The notes below the pieces were generated by a model. It did no database searches, was not told where the DNA came from, and saw only the letters and a list, made by a program, of their open reading frames with translations. DNA of 64,000 nucleotides from Nitrospirota bacterium. Lineage in GTDB: Bacteria; Nitrospirota; UBA9217. The position numbers and the translations under genes were made by a program. The stretch is from contig CAVWHO010000010.1 of assembly GCA_963754875.1 (NCBI GenBank), forward strand, positions 32,001 through 96,000, given 5' to 3'. Position 1 is the stretch's first letter. Each line of letters starts with the position of its first letter. Of this stretch, positions 19,287-29,444 are shown piece after piece.

Positions 19287-20684
19287 ATGTCTACTAAAGA
19301 TTACGTTATCGCCGACATCAAACTGGCCTCGTGGGGCCGCAAAGAAATCGCCATCGCCGAAACCGAAATGCCCGGCCTGATGGCCATCCGCGCAGAATTC
19401 GCCAAAACGCAGCCGCTGAAAGGCGCGCGCATCACTGGCTCGTTGCACATGACCATCCAGACCGCCGTGCTGATCGAGACGTTGAAAGCGCTCGGTGCGG
19501 AAGTGCGCTGGGCTTCATGCAATATCTTCTCGACCCAGGACCACGCCGCAGCAGCCATTGCCGCCTCCGGCACGCCGGTGTTCGCGGTCAAGGGCGAATC
19601 GCTTCCCGATTACTGGGACTACACCCACCGCATCTTCGAATGGGCTGACGGCGGCTATTCCAACATGATCCTGGACGACGGCGGCGATGCCACGCTGCTG
19701 TTACACCTGGGCAGCCGCGCCGAGAAGGACATCTCGGTGCTGGCCAAGCCGGACAGCGAGGAGGCGACCGTGCTGTTCGCCTCGATCAAGGCAAAGCTGA
19801 AGACCGATCCCAAGTGGTATTCGACGCGCTTGGCCAAGATCAAGGGCGTGACCGAAGAAACCACCACCGGCGTGCACCGTTTGTATCAAATGCACGAACG
19901 CGGTGAACTGAAATTCCCTGCGATCAACGTCAACGACTCAGTCACCAAGTCCAAGTTCGACAATCTGTACGGATGCCGCGAATCGCTGGTGGATGGCATC
20001 AAGCGCGCCACCGATGTGATGATTGCGGGCAAGATCGCGCTCATTTGCGGCTACGGCGATGTGGGTAAAGGCTCGGCCCAAGCCATGCGCGCTCTCTCAG
20101 CGCAAGTGTGGGTGACCGAAGTCGACCCGATTTGCGCGCTGCAGGCTGCAATGGAAGGCTTTCGCGTAGTGACCATGGATTACGCCGCCGACAAGGCCGA
20201 CATCTTCGTGACCTGCACCGGCAACGTCCATGTAATAGACCATGACCACATTGTGAAGATGAAAAATCAGGCCATCGTGTGCAACATCGGCCACTTCGAT
20301 TCCGAGATCAATGTCGCCTCGCTGGAAAAATATCAGTGGGAAGAGATCAAGCCGCAGGTTGACCATATCATTTTCCCCGACGGCAAGCGCATCATCCTGC
20401 TGGCCAAGGGCCGCCTGGTGAATCTGGGTTGCGGCACCGGCCATCCGTCCTACGTGATGTCCTCGTCGTTTGCGAACCAGACCCTCGCGCAGATCGAGCT
20501 GTACACTCGCACCAAGGACTACCCGGTGGGCGTGTACACCCTGCCCAAACATCTGGACGAAAAGGTCGCACGTTTGCAACTGACGACGCTGAATGCGCAA
20601 TTGAGCACTTTGACCGACCAGCAGGCTGCGTACATTGGCGTGCCCAAGCAAGGTCCGTACAAGTCGGAGCACTACCGCTACTAA
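19287..20684 (+). CDS. ahcY: Adenosylhomocysteinase
   Basis: [54 protein letters not shown] end. Confidence 0.99.
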   Translation: MSTKDYVIADIKLASWGRKEIAIAETEMPGLMAIRAEFAKTQPLKGARITGSLHMTIQTAVLIETLKALGAEVRWASCNIFSTQDHAAAAIAASGTPVFAVKGESLPDYWDYTHRIFEWADGGYSNMILDDGGDATLLLHLGSRAEKDISVLAKPDSEEATVLFASIKAKLKTDPKWYSTRLAKIKGVTEETTTGVHRLYQMHERGELKFPAINVNDSVTKSKFDNLYGCRESLVDGIKRATDVMIAGKIALICGYGDVGKGSAQAMRALSAQVWVTEVDPICALQAAMEGFRVVTMDYAADKADIFVTCTGNVHVIDHDHIVKMKNQAIVCNIGHFDSEINVASLEKYQWEEIKPQVDHIIFPDGKRIILLAKGRLVNLGCGTGHPSYVMSSSFANQTLAQIELYTRTKDYPVGVYTLPKHLDEKVARLQLTTLNAQLSTLTDQQAAYIGVPKQGPYKSEHYRY

Positions 20685-20704
20685 CCGTAGAATACCGGGA
20701 AAAT

Positions 20705-20795
20705 AGGAGCCAGTAGTAAGGAGCCAGGAGTTGGGAAGCAGACTTCAGAAATCAGCGTTATTCTGAATTGTGACTCCTGACTTCTGGCTTCTTTT
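20705..20795. repeat. Inverted pair of heptamer arrays after ahcY
   Basis: AGGAGCC AGTAGTA AGGAGCC AGGAGTT ... TTCTGAA TTGTGAC TCCTGAC TTCTGGC. Confidence 0.7.
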
Positions 20796-20800
20796 ATTTT

Positions 20801-21662
20801 ATGTCTAACTATCTCAAAATCATTGCCGCCATGCTCATCTGGAGCACCTGGGGGCCGATGATCCGGTGGCTTGCGTTGCCGCCCGTCGTTGTTCTCTTCT
20901 CTACGTCGTTGGTAGCCAGCTTTATTGTCCCAGCCTTTCTTGCGGCCCGGGGAGAACTGCACTTAGGGGGGATCGGGAAATACTGGTGGATTTTTGGTTT
21001 GCTGGCCACTCTCATCGATTACGAACAATATTTCTTATTTCTACGCGCTGGGCCACACCACGGTTTCGAATGCCGTGTTTACTCATTATACGGCGCCGCT
21101 CTTTGTTGCCCTGCTCGCGCCCTTCATTATTTCCGAACGTCTGCAGAAAATAACCCTCCTGTCGCTCCCTATCGCCGTGTTTGGTATGACTATGATCGTT
21201 CTGGCCGGCGGCGGACTTAAAACAGGGGGCGAGCACACAGCAGGCATCATCGCTGGAACGATTTCCGGCGTGGCATATGCATTCATTATTATTTTTTCGA
21301 GAAAGCTGAGCCAGATGTTAATGCATCACAAGGCCGTGGTTTTGTTGCTTTGGATCACTACCCTCGCTCTGTCGCCCGCTGTCCTCCTTGCGGACTATCA
21401 TCTTGACTTTCGTCAGGCGCGGCTCCTGTTCCTTACGGGAGTGTTCCATTCAACGATTGCTCCGCTACTCTATTACAGTGCGCTCAGAAAAATCATCGCC
21501 CAACACGCTGCCATCCTCGGGTATATGGAGCCTCTTGCAGCGATACCCATGGCATATTTACTCCTGTCGGAAACGCCTTCACTCTTCGCACTTTTTGGCG
21601 GCCTATTAATCCTCTTTTCCGGTTACCTCGTTGTACACTCGCGCCTCAGGACGGCTGACTGA
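20801..21662 (+). CDS. DMT/EamA-family transporter; one indel near 21008
   Basis: AMLIWSTWG, HYTAPLFVALLAPFIISE, YMEPL..LLLSE..GGLLI; two ORFs join into about 10 TM helices. Confidence 0.85.
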
Positions 21663-21891
21663 CATTGCGCTCTGTATGCCCCGTCAAGCCCTTCCGACAG
21701 CTTGCAATCCTTGTTTTTTCGGCTATACTTAATCTATCGTAGCTGGTAAGTACTGTAATTTCCTGTTATCTATGCACTTTAACGACATCATTAACCTCGT
21801 TTCCAAGGCGGCTGTCGTGAACCTTTGGTAAGGGAATCCTTTGATTATGCACCGAGAAGATGTCTCAACTTTTGCTCAAGGAGGAGGCGCG

Positions 21892-23097
21892 ATGAGAGGC
21901 CAAAAGTTTAAATTCACGAGAAGAGATTTTTTAAAGACTGCCGGCGTCTTGACGGCAATGACGGCACTTGGTGAAATCCCTGCAGAACTGCTCGCTGCAG
22001 TGGACAGAAAGAACCTTGTTCGATTTCCCGAGAAGACAGAAATGATTCTCTTGACAGACCGTCCGCCGCAACTCGAGACCCCAATGCATTATTTCCGTGA
22101 ACTGATAACGCCGAATGACGCAGTATTTGTACGATGGCATATTTCTCAAGTTCCAACATCGGTGGACCTGAGAGAGTGGCGGCTCAAAGTGGGCGGTAAC
22201 ACGGAAAAGGAACTCCAGTTTTCCATGGATGATCTTAAGACCAAGTTCGAGAAGGTTACCTATACTGCGGTCATCCAGTGCTCAGGCAACAGCAGAAGTT
22301 TGTTCGATCCTCCCGTACCGGGCGGTCAATGGAAGAACGGAGCCATGGGGAACGTAACCTGGACAGGAGCCCGGCTAAAGGATATTCTTAATCAGGCCGG
22401 CATCAAGGAGGGTTCAGTAGGTGTTTCGTTCGACGGGCTTGACGGTCCTCCGCTGCCATCAGTACCCGATTTTGTTAAGAGTTTGCCGCTGGATAAAGCA
22501 ACCGAGGAGGACATCATCGTTGCCTATGAAATGAATGGAGCATATCTTCCCATGCTCAATGGTTTCCCCGCGCGGCTAATTGTCCCCGGCTGGTTTGCCA
22601 CCTACTGGGTCAAGTCATTGAGCACCATATCGGTCCTGGACAAGCAGTTTGAGGGATTCTGGATGAAGACTGCTTACCGAATACCTGACGACCCATGCGC
22701 CTGTGTGCCGCCTGGTACAGCTCCGAAGAAGACGGTTCCTATTAATCGTTTAGATACCCGGTCATTTATTGTTGAGCCTTTCGACGGAACGGCTCTCAGG
22801 GTAAATAAACCCCTAGAGATCATGGGCATGGCTTTCTCCGGCGGTTACGGCGTCAGAGATGTGATCGTTTCGACAGACAATGGTAAGACTTGGAACGAAA
22901 CGAAACTGGGGAAAGACCTCGGCAAGTATGCCTGGAGGCAATGGACCTATCCATGGCATCCGAAAAAAAAAGGGAAATATACACTTATGGTGAGGGCCAC
23001 GAACGCTATCGGCGAATCACAGCCCTTTGATCCTTTCTGGAACCCGGCAGGGTTTATGAGAAACAACATTGAAAAAATCGAAGTAACGGTAAAGTAG
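21892..23097 (+). CDS. sorA: Sulfite oxidase-family molybdoenzyme, SorA-type (Tat exported)
   Basis: TRRDFLK twin-arginine motif, LTDRPPQLETP, FVRWH, Mo-ligand IQCSGNSR, NGFPARLIVPGW..TYWVK, WNPAG. Confidence 0.85.
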   Translation: MRGQKFKFTRRDFLKTAGVLTAMTALGEIPAELLAAVDRKNLVRFPEKTEMILLTDRPPQLETPMHYFRELITPNDAVFVRWHISQVPTSVDLREWRLKVGGNTEKELQFSMDDLKTKFEKVTYTAVIQCSGNSRSLFDPPVPGGQWKNGAMGNVTWTGARLKDILNQAGIKEGSVGVSFDGLDGPPLPSVPDFVKSLPLDKATEEDIIVAYEMNGAYLPMLNGFPARLIVPGWFATYWVKSLSTISVLDKQFEGFWMKTAYRIPDDPCACVPPGTAPKKTVPINRLDTRSFIVEPFDGTALRVNKPLEIMGMAFSGGYGVRDVIVSTDNGKTWNETKLGKDLGKYAWRQWTYPWHPKKKGKYTLMVRATNAIGESQPFDPFWNPAGFMRNNIEKIEVTVK

Positions 23098-23106
23098 GAG
23101 GGATAG

Positions 23107-23442
23107 ATGAAGAACCTCTTCATGATATTCACGATTGCGATAATAGCGACAATTCCGATGGTTGTCCAGGGCCAGGGGAACCAGGACAAGGAAGCCGTTC
23201 ATTCTATCGAACTTCCGGTGATTCAAGTGCAACTTAATCCCGGGCCTGGTTTGGACAAGGCGTCTTCGCTTTGCAATATCTGCCACACTCTGAAATACAT
23301 TACTATGCAGCCTGCGTTCCCACGGGCAACGTGGACAGCCGAAGTGAACAAGATGATCAAAGTCATGGGTGCGCCGATCAATGATGAAGATGCGAAGACA
23401 ATTATCGATTATCTGAGTACAGAATATGGGACCGGCAAATAA
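23107..23442 (+). CDS. sorB: Monoheme cytochrome c, SorB-like
   Basis: CNICH, YITMQP, W.AEV.KM...MGAPI; directly after sorA. Confidence 0.82.
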   Translation: MKNLFMIFTIAIIATIPMVVQGQGNQDKEAVHSIELPVIQVQLNPGPGLDKASSLCNICHTLKYITMQPAFPRATWTAEVNKMIKVMGAPINDEDAKTIIDYLSTEYGTGK

Positions 23443-23492
23443 CGAAGTCCCTGTATCCTAATTTAAACAGTTTAAGAAAGGGAAAAAGAAAG

Positions 23493-23822
23493 ATGACGAA
23501 CAAAATGATTATCGCAATGGTTTTAGTGGTGGGTATCTGCTGCACGGCGCTTTATGCTTTTGCACAAAAGGCGTCTCCAAATTCAGGTGAATCGTTATTT
23601 GCAGCGAACTGTAAGGTTTGCCATCCGGATGGGGGAAATATCATCAACCCGGCGAAAACACTCCACAAGAAAGACCGCATGGCTAATAATGTCAAGACTG
23701 AGTCCGATATTGTCAATAAAATGCGAAACCCGGGTCCGGGGATGACGAAATTCGATGAGAAAACCATCTCGGACAAAGATGCCCATACAATAGCTGCGTA
23801 TATTTTAAAAACTTTCAAATAA
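23493..23822 (+). CDS. Cytochrome c6-like monoheme cytochrome
   Basis: Signal peptide; LFAANCKVCHPDGGNIINPAKTL and PGPGM axial Met. Confidence 0.85.
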   Translation: MTNKMIIAMVLVVGICCTALYAFAQKASPNSGESLFAANCKVCHPDGGNIINPAKTLHKKDRMANNVKTESDIVNKMRNPGPGMTKFDEKTISDKDAHTIAAYILKTFK

Positions 23823-24108
23823 ATAAACTTTACCTCCGCAACAGCGCTTACTTCAACATTTCTTTCATCCCGCTCGGGATCGTAACCCCGAGCGGGATAA
23901 ATCCCGCGACTTGCAATCCCCCGGCTCCGGCCGCGGATAATGCGCCGTAAACCGCGGGAGGTCGCGTTATTTTGAGGGAGCCTCCGGCTCTGTCGGAGGG
24001 GGCTCTACTCGAATAACACCATCTGATCTCAATGTGCAATACCTCCGACCAACAGACCTCATAAATTTGCGGCAAGCTTACGCGCAAAGTTGATATCCAT
24101 AACACTCA

Positions 24109-24972
24109 ATGAAAGCAACGCTTATCGCATTCATGAAGCCATTGATCATTCTCGTTGCTGCGTTCATATGCATGGTTGTACCATTCCGCGCTGATGCTGC
24201 GGAACTGCCGCTCTGGGAGGCAGGCCTCGGATTGACCGGATTGAGCTTGCCCGATTACCGTGGTTCTGACGAGCAGAGAGGATATGTTTTGCCTTTACCC
24301 TACCTGGTTTATCGCGGGGAAACGCTCAGAATGGACAAAAAGGGTATTTACGGGATCCTGTTTCAGTCTGAGCGCGTGCACCTTAATGTAAGCGCTGACG
24401 GCAGTGTACCCGTAAAAAGCGATAAAAATTCCGCACGCACGGGGATGCCGAACCTCGATCCCACGGGCCAGATAGGGCCTTCCTTGGAGCTTTGCATCTC
24501 TGCGCACTGCGATGCCGATAGCATCATACAGGTGCGGCTTCCCCTACGGGCGGTTTTTGCTTCAGACTTTTCATACCTGGCCGGTATCGGCTTTGTAACA
24601 AACCCTCAATTAAATTTTGATTTTAACAATCTCGAGACCTACGGCAGATGGGATTTCGGTTTTGCCTTTGGTCCGCTTTACGCTACCAGACAATTTCACG
24701 CTTATTACTATGACGTAGCACCGCAGTTCGCAGTCCCCGGCGTTCGATCTTCTTACAACGCCCGCGGCGGGTACAGTGGGTTTCTCGTTACTGCAGCTCT
24801 GAGCAAGCGGTTCGCAAACTATTGGTTCGGCACGTTCGTACGCTATGATAACCTTTCCGGATCCGTTTTTTCTGACAGCCCGCTTGTTAAAACAAAGCAG
24901 GCTGTCATGGCAGGCTTCGGGTTTGCCTGGGTATTTGGCCAGTCGCCGATACTGGTGAATGCAACTCCCTGA
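24109..24972 (+). CDS. MipA/OmpV-family outer-membrane protein
   Basis: PLWEAGLG...PDYRGSDE..LPLPYLVYRG, AYYYDV, SPLVK, aromatic C-terminal strand. Confidence 0.8.
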   Translation: MKATLIAFMKPLIILVAAFICMVVPFRADAAELPLWEAGLGLTGLSLPDYRGSDEQRGYVLPLPYLVYRGETLRMDKKGIYGILFQSERVHLNVSADGSVPVKSDKNSARTGMPNLDPTGQIGPSLELCISAHCDADSIIQVRLPLRAVFASDFSYLAGIGFVTNPQLNFDFNNLETYGRWDFGFAFGPLYATRQFHAYYYDVAPQFAVPGVRSSYNARGGYSGFLVTAALSKRFANYWFGTFVRYDNLSGSVFSDSPLVKTKQAVMAGFGFAWVFGQSPILVNATP

Positions 24973-25204
24973 TACTTATAGTTCTATGATTGTATCTCTC
25001 CACAGAACACTGGAGGAGGAGTGTGACGGAATAAAATTTTTTATTTGCTGTATAAGATTGACAAATAACGAACTCTATGATAACTTTTTCGGTAATTATG
25101 GTAATTTGGAACTACTGATAGCATATTTTGCCACAAGAGCAGCTTCTTTCTTCAATAATCTCAAGCCATTCCTATATACGACTTCAGAGTAAATTCAAAG
25201 GAGG

Positions 25205-26320
25205 ATGCGTATGAGTAAAAAAGAAGAAGTGAGTAAGCAGTTTCTTGATGCTCTCGAGTTCCGGGGCATCAAACGAAGAGATTTTTTAAAATACTGTGGT
25301 GCAACAGCAGCACTGCTCGGTTTATCCGAGTTATACGGACCCAAGATCGCAGCAGCCTTGGAAAAAGCATCCAAACGCACCCCCGTCATCTGGCTCAACT
25401 TCGCATCCGACTCAGGCTGTACCGAGTCCTTCATCAAAGCAACCTATCCCAGCCCCGCAGAAGTCATCCTTGACATATTAAGCGTCGACTACAACGAAAC
25501 CATCATGGCAGCGGCAGGCAAGCAGGCGGAAGAGATCCTGGCCAAGTCCGCGAAGGCCGGCGGCTACATCCTGATCGTCGAAGGCGGCGTACCGACCAAG
25601 AAAGGCCACGGCATGATCGGGAACAAAGAGATGCTCGACGTCTTGAAAGAGATGGCGGCCCCGGCCATCGCCGTGATCGCGATCGGCAGCTGCGCCACGG
25701 ACGGCGGCGTCCCTGCAGCCAAGCCGAACCCCTCCCAGATCATCGGCACAGGGGAGGCCTTAAAGCGGGTAGGGATCACCAAGCCGCTCATCAACATGGA
25801 CCTCTGCCCGGTCAACCCCCAGTACCTGGTCGGCGTGGTGGTCAACTTCCTCCTTCTCGGCAAGATCCCCGATCTCGACTCCCAGGGCCGTCCCGTGATG
25901 TTCTACGGCCAGACCATCCACGACAACTGCGAGCGGCGGGCCCACTTCGATGGAGGACGCTTCGTCGAGAAGTTCGGGTCCAAAGAAGAAGCCCTGGGGT
26001 ACTGCCTCTATAAGATGGGGTGCAAAGGCCCCATGACCTATTCAGCCTGCCCCAAGATCCAGTACAACGACCGGACGAGCTGGTGCATCAAGGCCGGAGG
26101 GCCCTGCATCGGCTGCGCCGAGCGTGGCTGGACCGACAAGTTCGCCGGGTTCTACGAGCCGCTGCCGGGCGTCAAGATCCCCGGCCTGGGCGGAGTCGAA
26201 GCCGGAGCAGACAAGATCGGCGCGGTAGCAGCAGTAGCCACGGCAGCCGGCATCGCGATCCATGCGGTAGCAACAGCCGGATCGGGCAGGACCCAAGAAA
26301 AAAAGGGAGGTAAGAAATAA
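25205..26320 (+). CDS. Group 1 [NiFe]-hydrogenase small subunit (Tat signal, C-terminal TM anchor)
   Basis: RRDFLKYC, GSCATDGG, HDNCERR, CLYKMGCKGP, PCIGC, hydrophobic tail ending GIAIHA. Confidence 0.95.
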   Translation: MRMSKKEEVSKQFLDALEFRGIKRRDFLKYCGATAALLGLSELYGPKIAAALEKASKRTPVIWLNFASDSGCTESFIKATYPSPAEVILDILSVDYNETIMAAAGKQAEEILAKSAKAGGYILIVEGGVPTKKGHGMIGNKEMLDVLKEMAAPAIAVIAIGSCATDGGVPAAKPNPSQIIGTGEALKRVGITKPLINMDLCPVNPQYLVGVVVNFLLLGKIPDLDSQGRPVMFYGQTIHDNCERRAHFDGGRFVEKFGSKEEALGYCLYKMGCKGPMTYSACPKIQYNDRTSWCIKAGGPCIGCAERGWTDKFAGFYEPLPGVKIPGLGGVEAGADKIGAVAAVATAAGIAIHAVATAGSGRTQEKKGGKK

Positions 26321-27912
26321 TGGCCAGAATAACCATAGACCCGATGACAAGAATCGAAGGACATCTGCGGATCGATGTCGAGATCGAAGGCGGCAAGGTC
26401 AAGGACGCCTGGACCACGGGAACACTGTTCCGTGGCTTCGAGCTCATCCTCCAGGGCAGAGATCCCCGGGATGCCTGGCACATCACCCAGCGCATCTGCG
26501 GTGTATGCCCCACCTCCCACGGCCATGCCTCCTCCATGAGCATGGACGACGCCTTCAAAGTAAAGCCCCCGGACAACGGCCGCATCATCCGGAACATCAT
26601 CGAAGGCGCCCAGTTCGTCCATTCCCATATCCTGTGGTTCTACCATTTAAACGCCCTGGACTACGTAGACGTGGTCTCGGCCTTAAAAGCAAATCCCAAA
26701 GAGGCCTCGTTAAAAAAAGTCCAGGCCAAGGTCAAGTCCTTTGTCGAATCCGGCCAGTTAGGTCCCTTTGCGAACGCCTACTGGGGCCATCCGGCCTACA
26801 AGCTGCCGCCTGACGTAAATCTCCTGGCCGTAGCCCACTACCTGGAAGCCCTCGAGATGCAGGCAAAAGCAGCCCAGGTATCAGCCCTCTTCGGCGGCAG
26901 GATGCCGATGACCATGACGAGCCCTCCCGGCGGCGTGACCCACGTACCCACCGTCGATGACCTCAAAAACTACCTCTTCCGGGTAAAAGAGCTCCAGGAC
27001 TGGATCGACAGCGTATTTATCGCCGACTTGCTCGCCATCGCCCCGTTCTACTTAGGCGCAGCAGGAGTCGGCAAAGGCCATGCAAACTTCCTGTCCTGGG
27101 GAGTGTTCGAAGACGGGTCCTTCGATCCCAAGAAGCGGCTGTTACCCCGCGGCGCCATCTTCGCAGCAGACTTCCCGAAGGTCCATGATGCCAAGGCCGA
27201 AGACGTCACCGAAGACACGTCTCACGGCTGGTACAAGGACGGCAAACCCTTGAACCCGGCCATCGGCGTGACGGAGCCGGACTACACCGGCTATGACTCC
27301 AACAAAAAGTACACCTGGGCCAAGGCCCCCCGTCTTTCGGGCAAGCCCATGGAAGTGGGCGCCCTGGCCAGGATGCTTGTGGCCTATGCCTCAGGCCAGC
27401 CCACGGCCAAGAAACTGATCGACGACACGTTGGCCAAGATCGGACATCCCGGACAGCCCCAGGTACTCCTGGGCATAGTCGGCAGGATCGCAGCCCGGGC
27501 ACTCGAATGCAAGATGGTAGCAGATGCCATGTACCAGTGGGGCATCGACCTCATCGAGAACATCAAGAAAGGCAACACCGCGGTCTATAACGACTACAAG
27601 ATCCCGGACAAAGCCCAGGGCATCGGGTTGTGGGAAGCCCCGCGCGGCGCCCTCGGCCACTGGATCGACGTATCAGGCAAAAAGATCAAGAACTACCAGT
27701 GCGTGGTTCCCACGACCTGGAACGTCTGCCCGCGCGACAACAACAACGTACGCGGCCCGATCGAAGAGGCCCTCGTGGGCACGGCGGTATCCAACGCAGA
27801 AAAGCCGCTCGAAGTCCTGCGCGTGGTCCACTCCTTCGACCCGTGCCTAGCCTGCACGGTACACGTGATCCATCCGGAGTCGAATCGAATCATGGACTTC
27901 AAGGTCGCCTAG
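26320..27912 (+). CDS. Group 1 [NiFe]-hydrogenase large subunit
   Basis: IDPMTRIEGH, L1 QRICGVCPTSH, L2 SFDPCLACTVH plus 15-aa cleavable extension. Confidence 0.97.
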   Translation: MARITIDPMTRIEGHLRIDVEIEGGKVKDAWTTGTLFRGFELILQGRDPRDAWHITQRICGVCPTSHGHASSMSMDDAFKVKPPDNGRIIRNIIEGAQFVHSHILWFYHLNALDYVDVVSALKANPKEASLKKVQAKVKSFVESGQLGPFANAYWGHPAYKLPPDVNLLAVAHYLEALEMQAKAAQVSALFGGRMPMTMTSPPGGVTHVPTVDDLKNYLFRVKELQDWIDSVFIADLLAIAPFYLGAAGVGKGHANFLSWGVFEDGSFDPKKRLLPRGAIFAADFPKVHDAKAEDVTEDTSHGWYKDGKPLNPAIGVTEPDYTGYDSNKKYTWAKAPRLSGKPMEVGALARMLVAYASGQPTAKKLIDDTLAKIGHPGQPQVLLGIVGRIAARALECKMVADAMYQWGIDLIENIKKGNTAVYNDYKIPDKAQGIGLWEAPRGALGHWIDVSGKKIKNYQCVVPTTWNVCPRDNNNVRGPIEEALVGTAVSNAEKPLEVLRVVHSFDPCLACTVHVIHPESNRIMDFKVA

Positions 27913-27922
27913 GGAGGATGCC

Positions 27923-28564
27923 ATGAAAGAAGAACTGGTAAAGGAGTGGAGCCTCGGCTATATCCTGGACCACTGGATACGGGTCATCGCCATCGCCGTA
28001 CTGGTGTTCACGGGCATCTACATACACACCCCGTTCATCGCCGGCGGACCGGACAGCACCATCATGGCCACGACGCGGTTTTTCCATTTTATCGCGGCCT
28101 ATGCCCTCGTTTTGGGCCTGGTGGTACGGGTCTATATGGCCTTCAAGTCCACCTTCGACGCAGACTGGAAAGACTTCAGCATCATCGAGAACTTAAAGAA
28201 CGTGCCCGACGTCCTGGGATACTACCTCTTCATCAAGGGGACGCACAAAGACTACCGGAAATACAACCCCCTCCAGGCGCTCGCCTATCTCTTCACCGGC
28301 CTGGCGATCATCTTCACGGCCCTGACCGGTGCGGCATTGTATCACGGCAAAGCCTTCGGGTTCATCACCTGCCCGGACAGCTTCCGGTGGGTAAGCAACT
28401 TCCTGGGCGGCGAGTCGTACACCCGGATATGGCATATCCTCACCATGTGGTACTTCATCATCTTTGTGTTGATCCACGTGTATCTGGCCATCACGATCAG
28501 CATGATCAACAAAGACCAGACCCTGACGTCGATCTTTACGGGATACAAGCTCAAAAAACAGTAA
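27923..28564 (+). CDS. Ni/Fe-hydrogenase b-type cytochrome subunit
   Basis: 4 TM helices with heme His residues (DHW, FFHF, IWH, IHVY); YNPLQ. Confidence 0.93.
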   Translation: MKEELVKEWSLGYILDHWIRVIAIAVLVFTGIYIHTPFIAGGPDSTIMATTRFFHFIAAYALVLGLVVRVYMAFKSTFDADWKDFSIIENLKNVPDVLGYYLFIKGTHKDYRKYNPLQALAYLFTGLAIIFTALTGAALYHGKAFGFITCPDSFRWVSNFLGGESYTRIWHILTMWYFIIFVLIHVYLAITISMINKDQTLTSIFTGYKLKKQ

Positions 28565-28565
28565 G

Positions 28566-29072
28566 ATGAAGAAAGAAGAACAGCTCCGGGGAGGCGTTAC
28601 CGCGCCTCCCCGAAAAGTTTTACTCTTAGGCGTCGGCAATCTCCTGCTTGGTGATGACGGTTTTGGCGTACACCTGATCAACTCCCTCGCGGATACCCCC
28701 TTTCCCCCGAACGTCCAGATACTCGAAGCCGGGACCGTAAGCCACCAGCTCATCCCGCTGCTGCATGAAATCGACCACCTCATCATCATCGACGTGGTCG
28801 ATGCCAAAGACACGCCCGGGTCCATCTTTCGCTTCAGTCCGGAAGACCTGCAGTACACCAAAGAGCAGATGGTATCGCTCCACCAGATCAGCCTGATCGA
28901 CGTCCTTAATATGGCAGAGCTTACCGGGAGCAAGCCCAAGACCGTCATCATCGCTGTCCAGCCCAAAGACGTGTCCAACTGGTCTTTGGAGCTCACCGAG
29001 CCGGTCAAGGCCGTGATCCCGAAGGTCAAAGAGCTGATCTTCGAAGAGCTGAAAAAAATCCAGGCAGTCTAA
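28566..29072 (+). CDS. Hydrogenase maturation endopeptidase (HyaD/HybD family)
   Basis: LGVGNLLLGDDGFGV, IIIDVVD, SLHQ. Confidence 0.93.
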   Translation: MKKEEQLRGGVTAPPRKVLLLGVGNLLLGDDGFGVHLINSLADTPFPPNVQILEAGTVSHQLIPLLHEIDHLIIIDVVDAKDTPGSIFRFSPEDLQYTKEQMVSLHQISLIDVLNMAELTGSKPKTVIIAVQPKDVSNWSLELTEPVKAVIPKVKELIFEELKKIQAV

Positions 29073-29094
29073 AACTACATGCAAGAGACATAAT

Positions 29095-29318
29095 AACCAC
29101 AGGTTCCGCGAAGACGCGGAACACACGGTTAGGAAGCCTCAAAGCTTTGAAAACCTCTCCAGGAGAAATGGCGAAAAAAGACGGGGAAATGGGGAGAAGA
29201 CCAATAGATTTCCCCCCCCTTTCCCCTAAATAGATTTTAAGATCGTTCGACTTTCTACCAAGGACTCATTTAACCGTGTTCATCTGTGTGTCTCCCGCGG
29301 AGCGGGGGACCAGTGGTT
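29095..29318. repeat. Intergenic long imperfect inverted repeat element
   Basis: AACCACAGG...ACACACGGTT can pair with AACCGTGTTCATCTGTGTG...CAGTGGTT; internal G-rich and C-rich tracts. Confidence 0.55.
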
Positions 29319-29444
29319 CCATGCGTCGTGGTTTCAGAAGTTTGATCCCTCTACAAAGCCTTGACACAACCGGTATTCTGTGGGATAGTTTCAAAACGGA
29401 TTCCATCCGCTAAGTCTCCCCTGGATCTAGAACAGGATCGCCCC

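Noticed and set aside
23848..24105. 85-aa minus-strand ORF
   Set aside because: No recognisable family or clear SD; not supportable as a gene
27829..27865. Possible selenocysteine ([NiFeSe]) hydrogenase
   Set aside because: The L2 motif uses TGC (DPCLAC), not TGA
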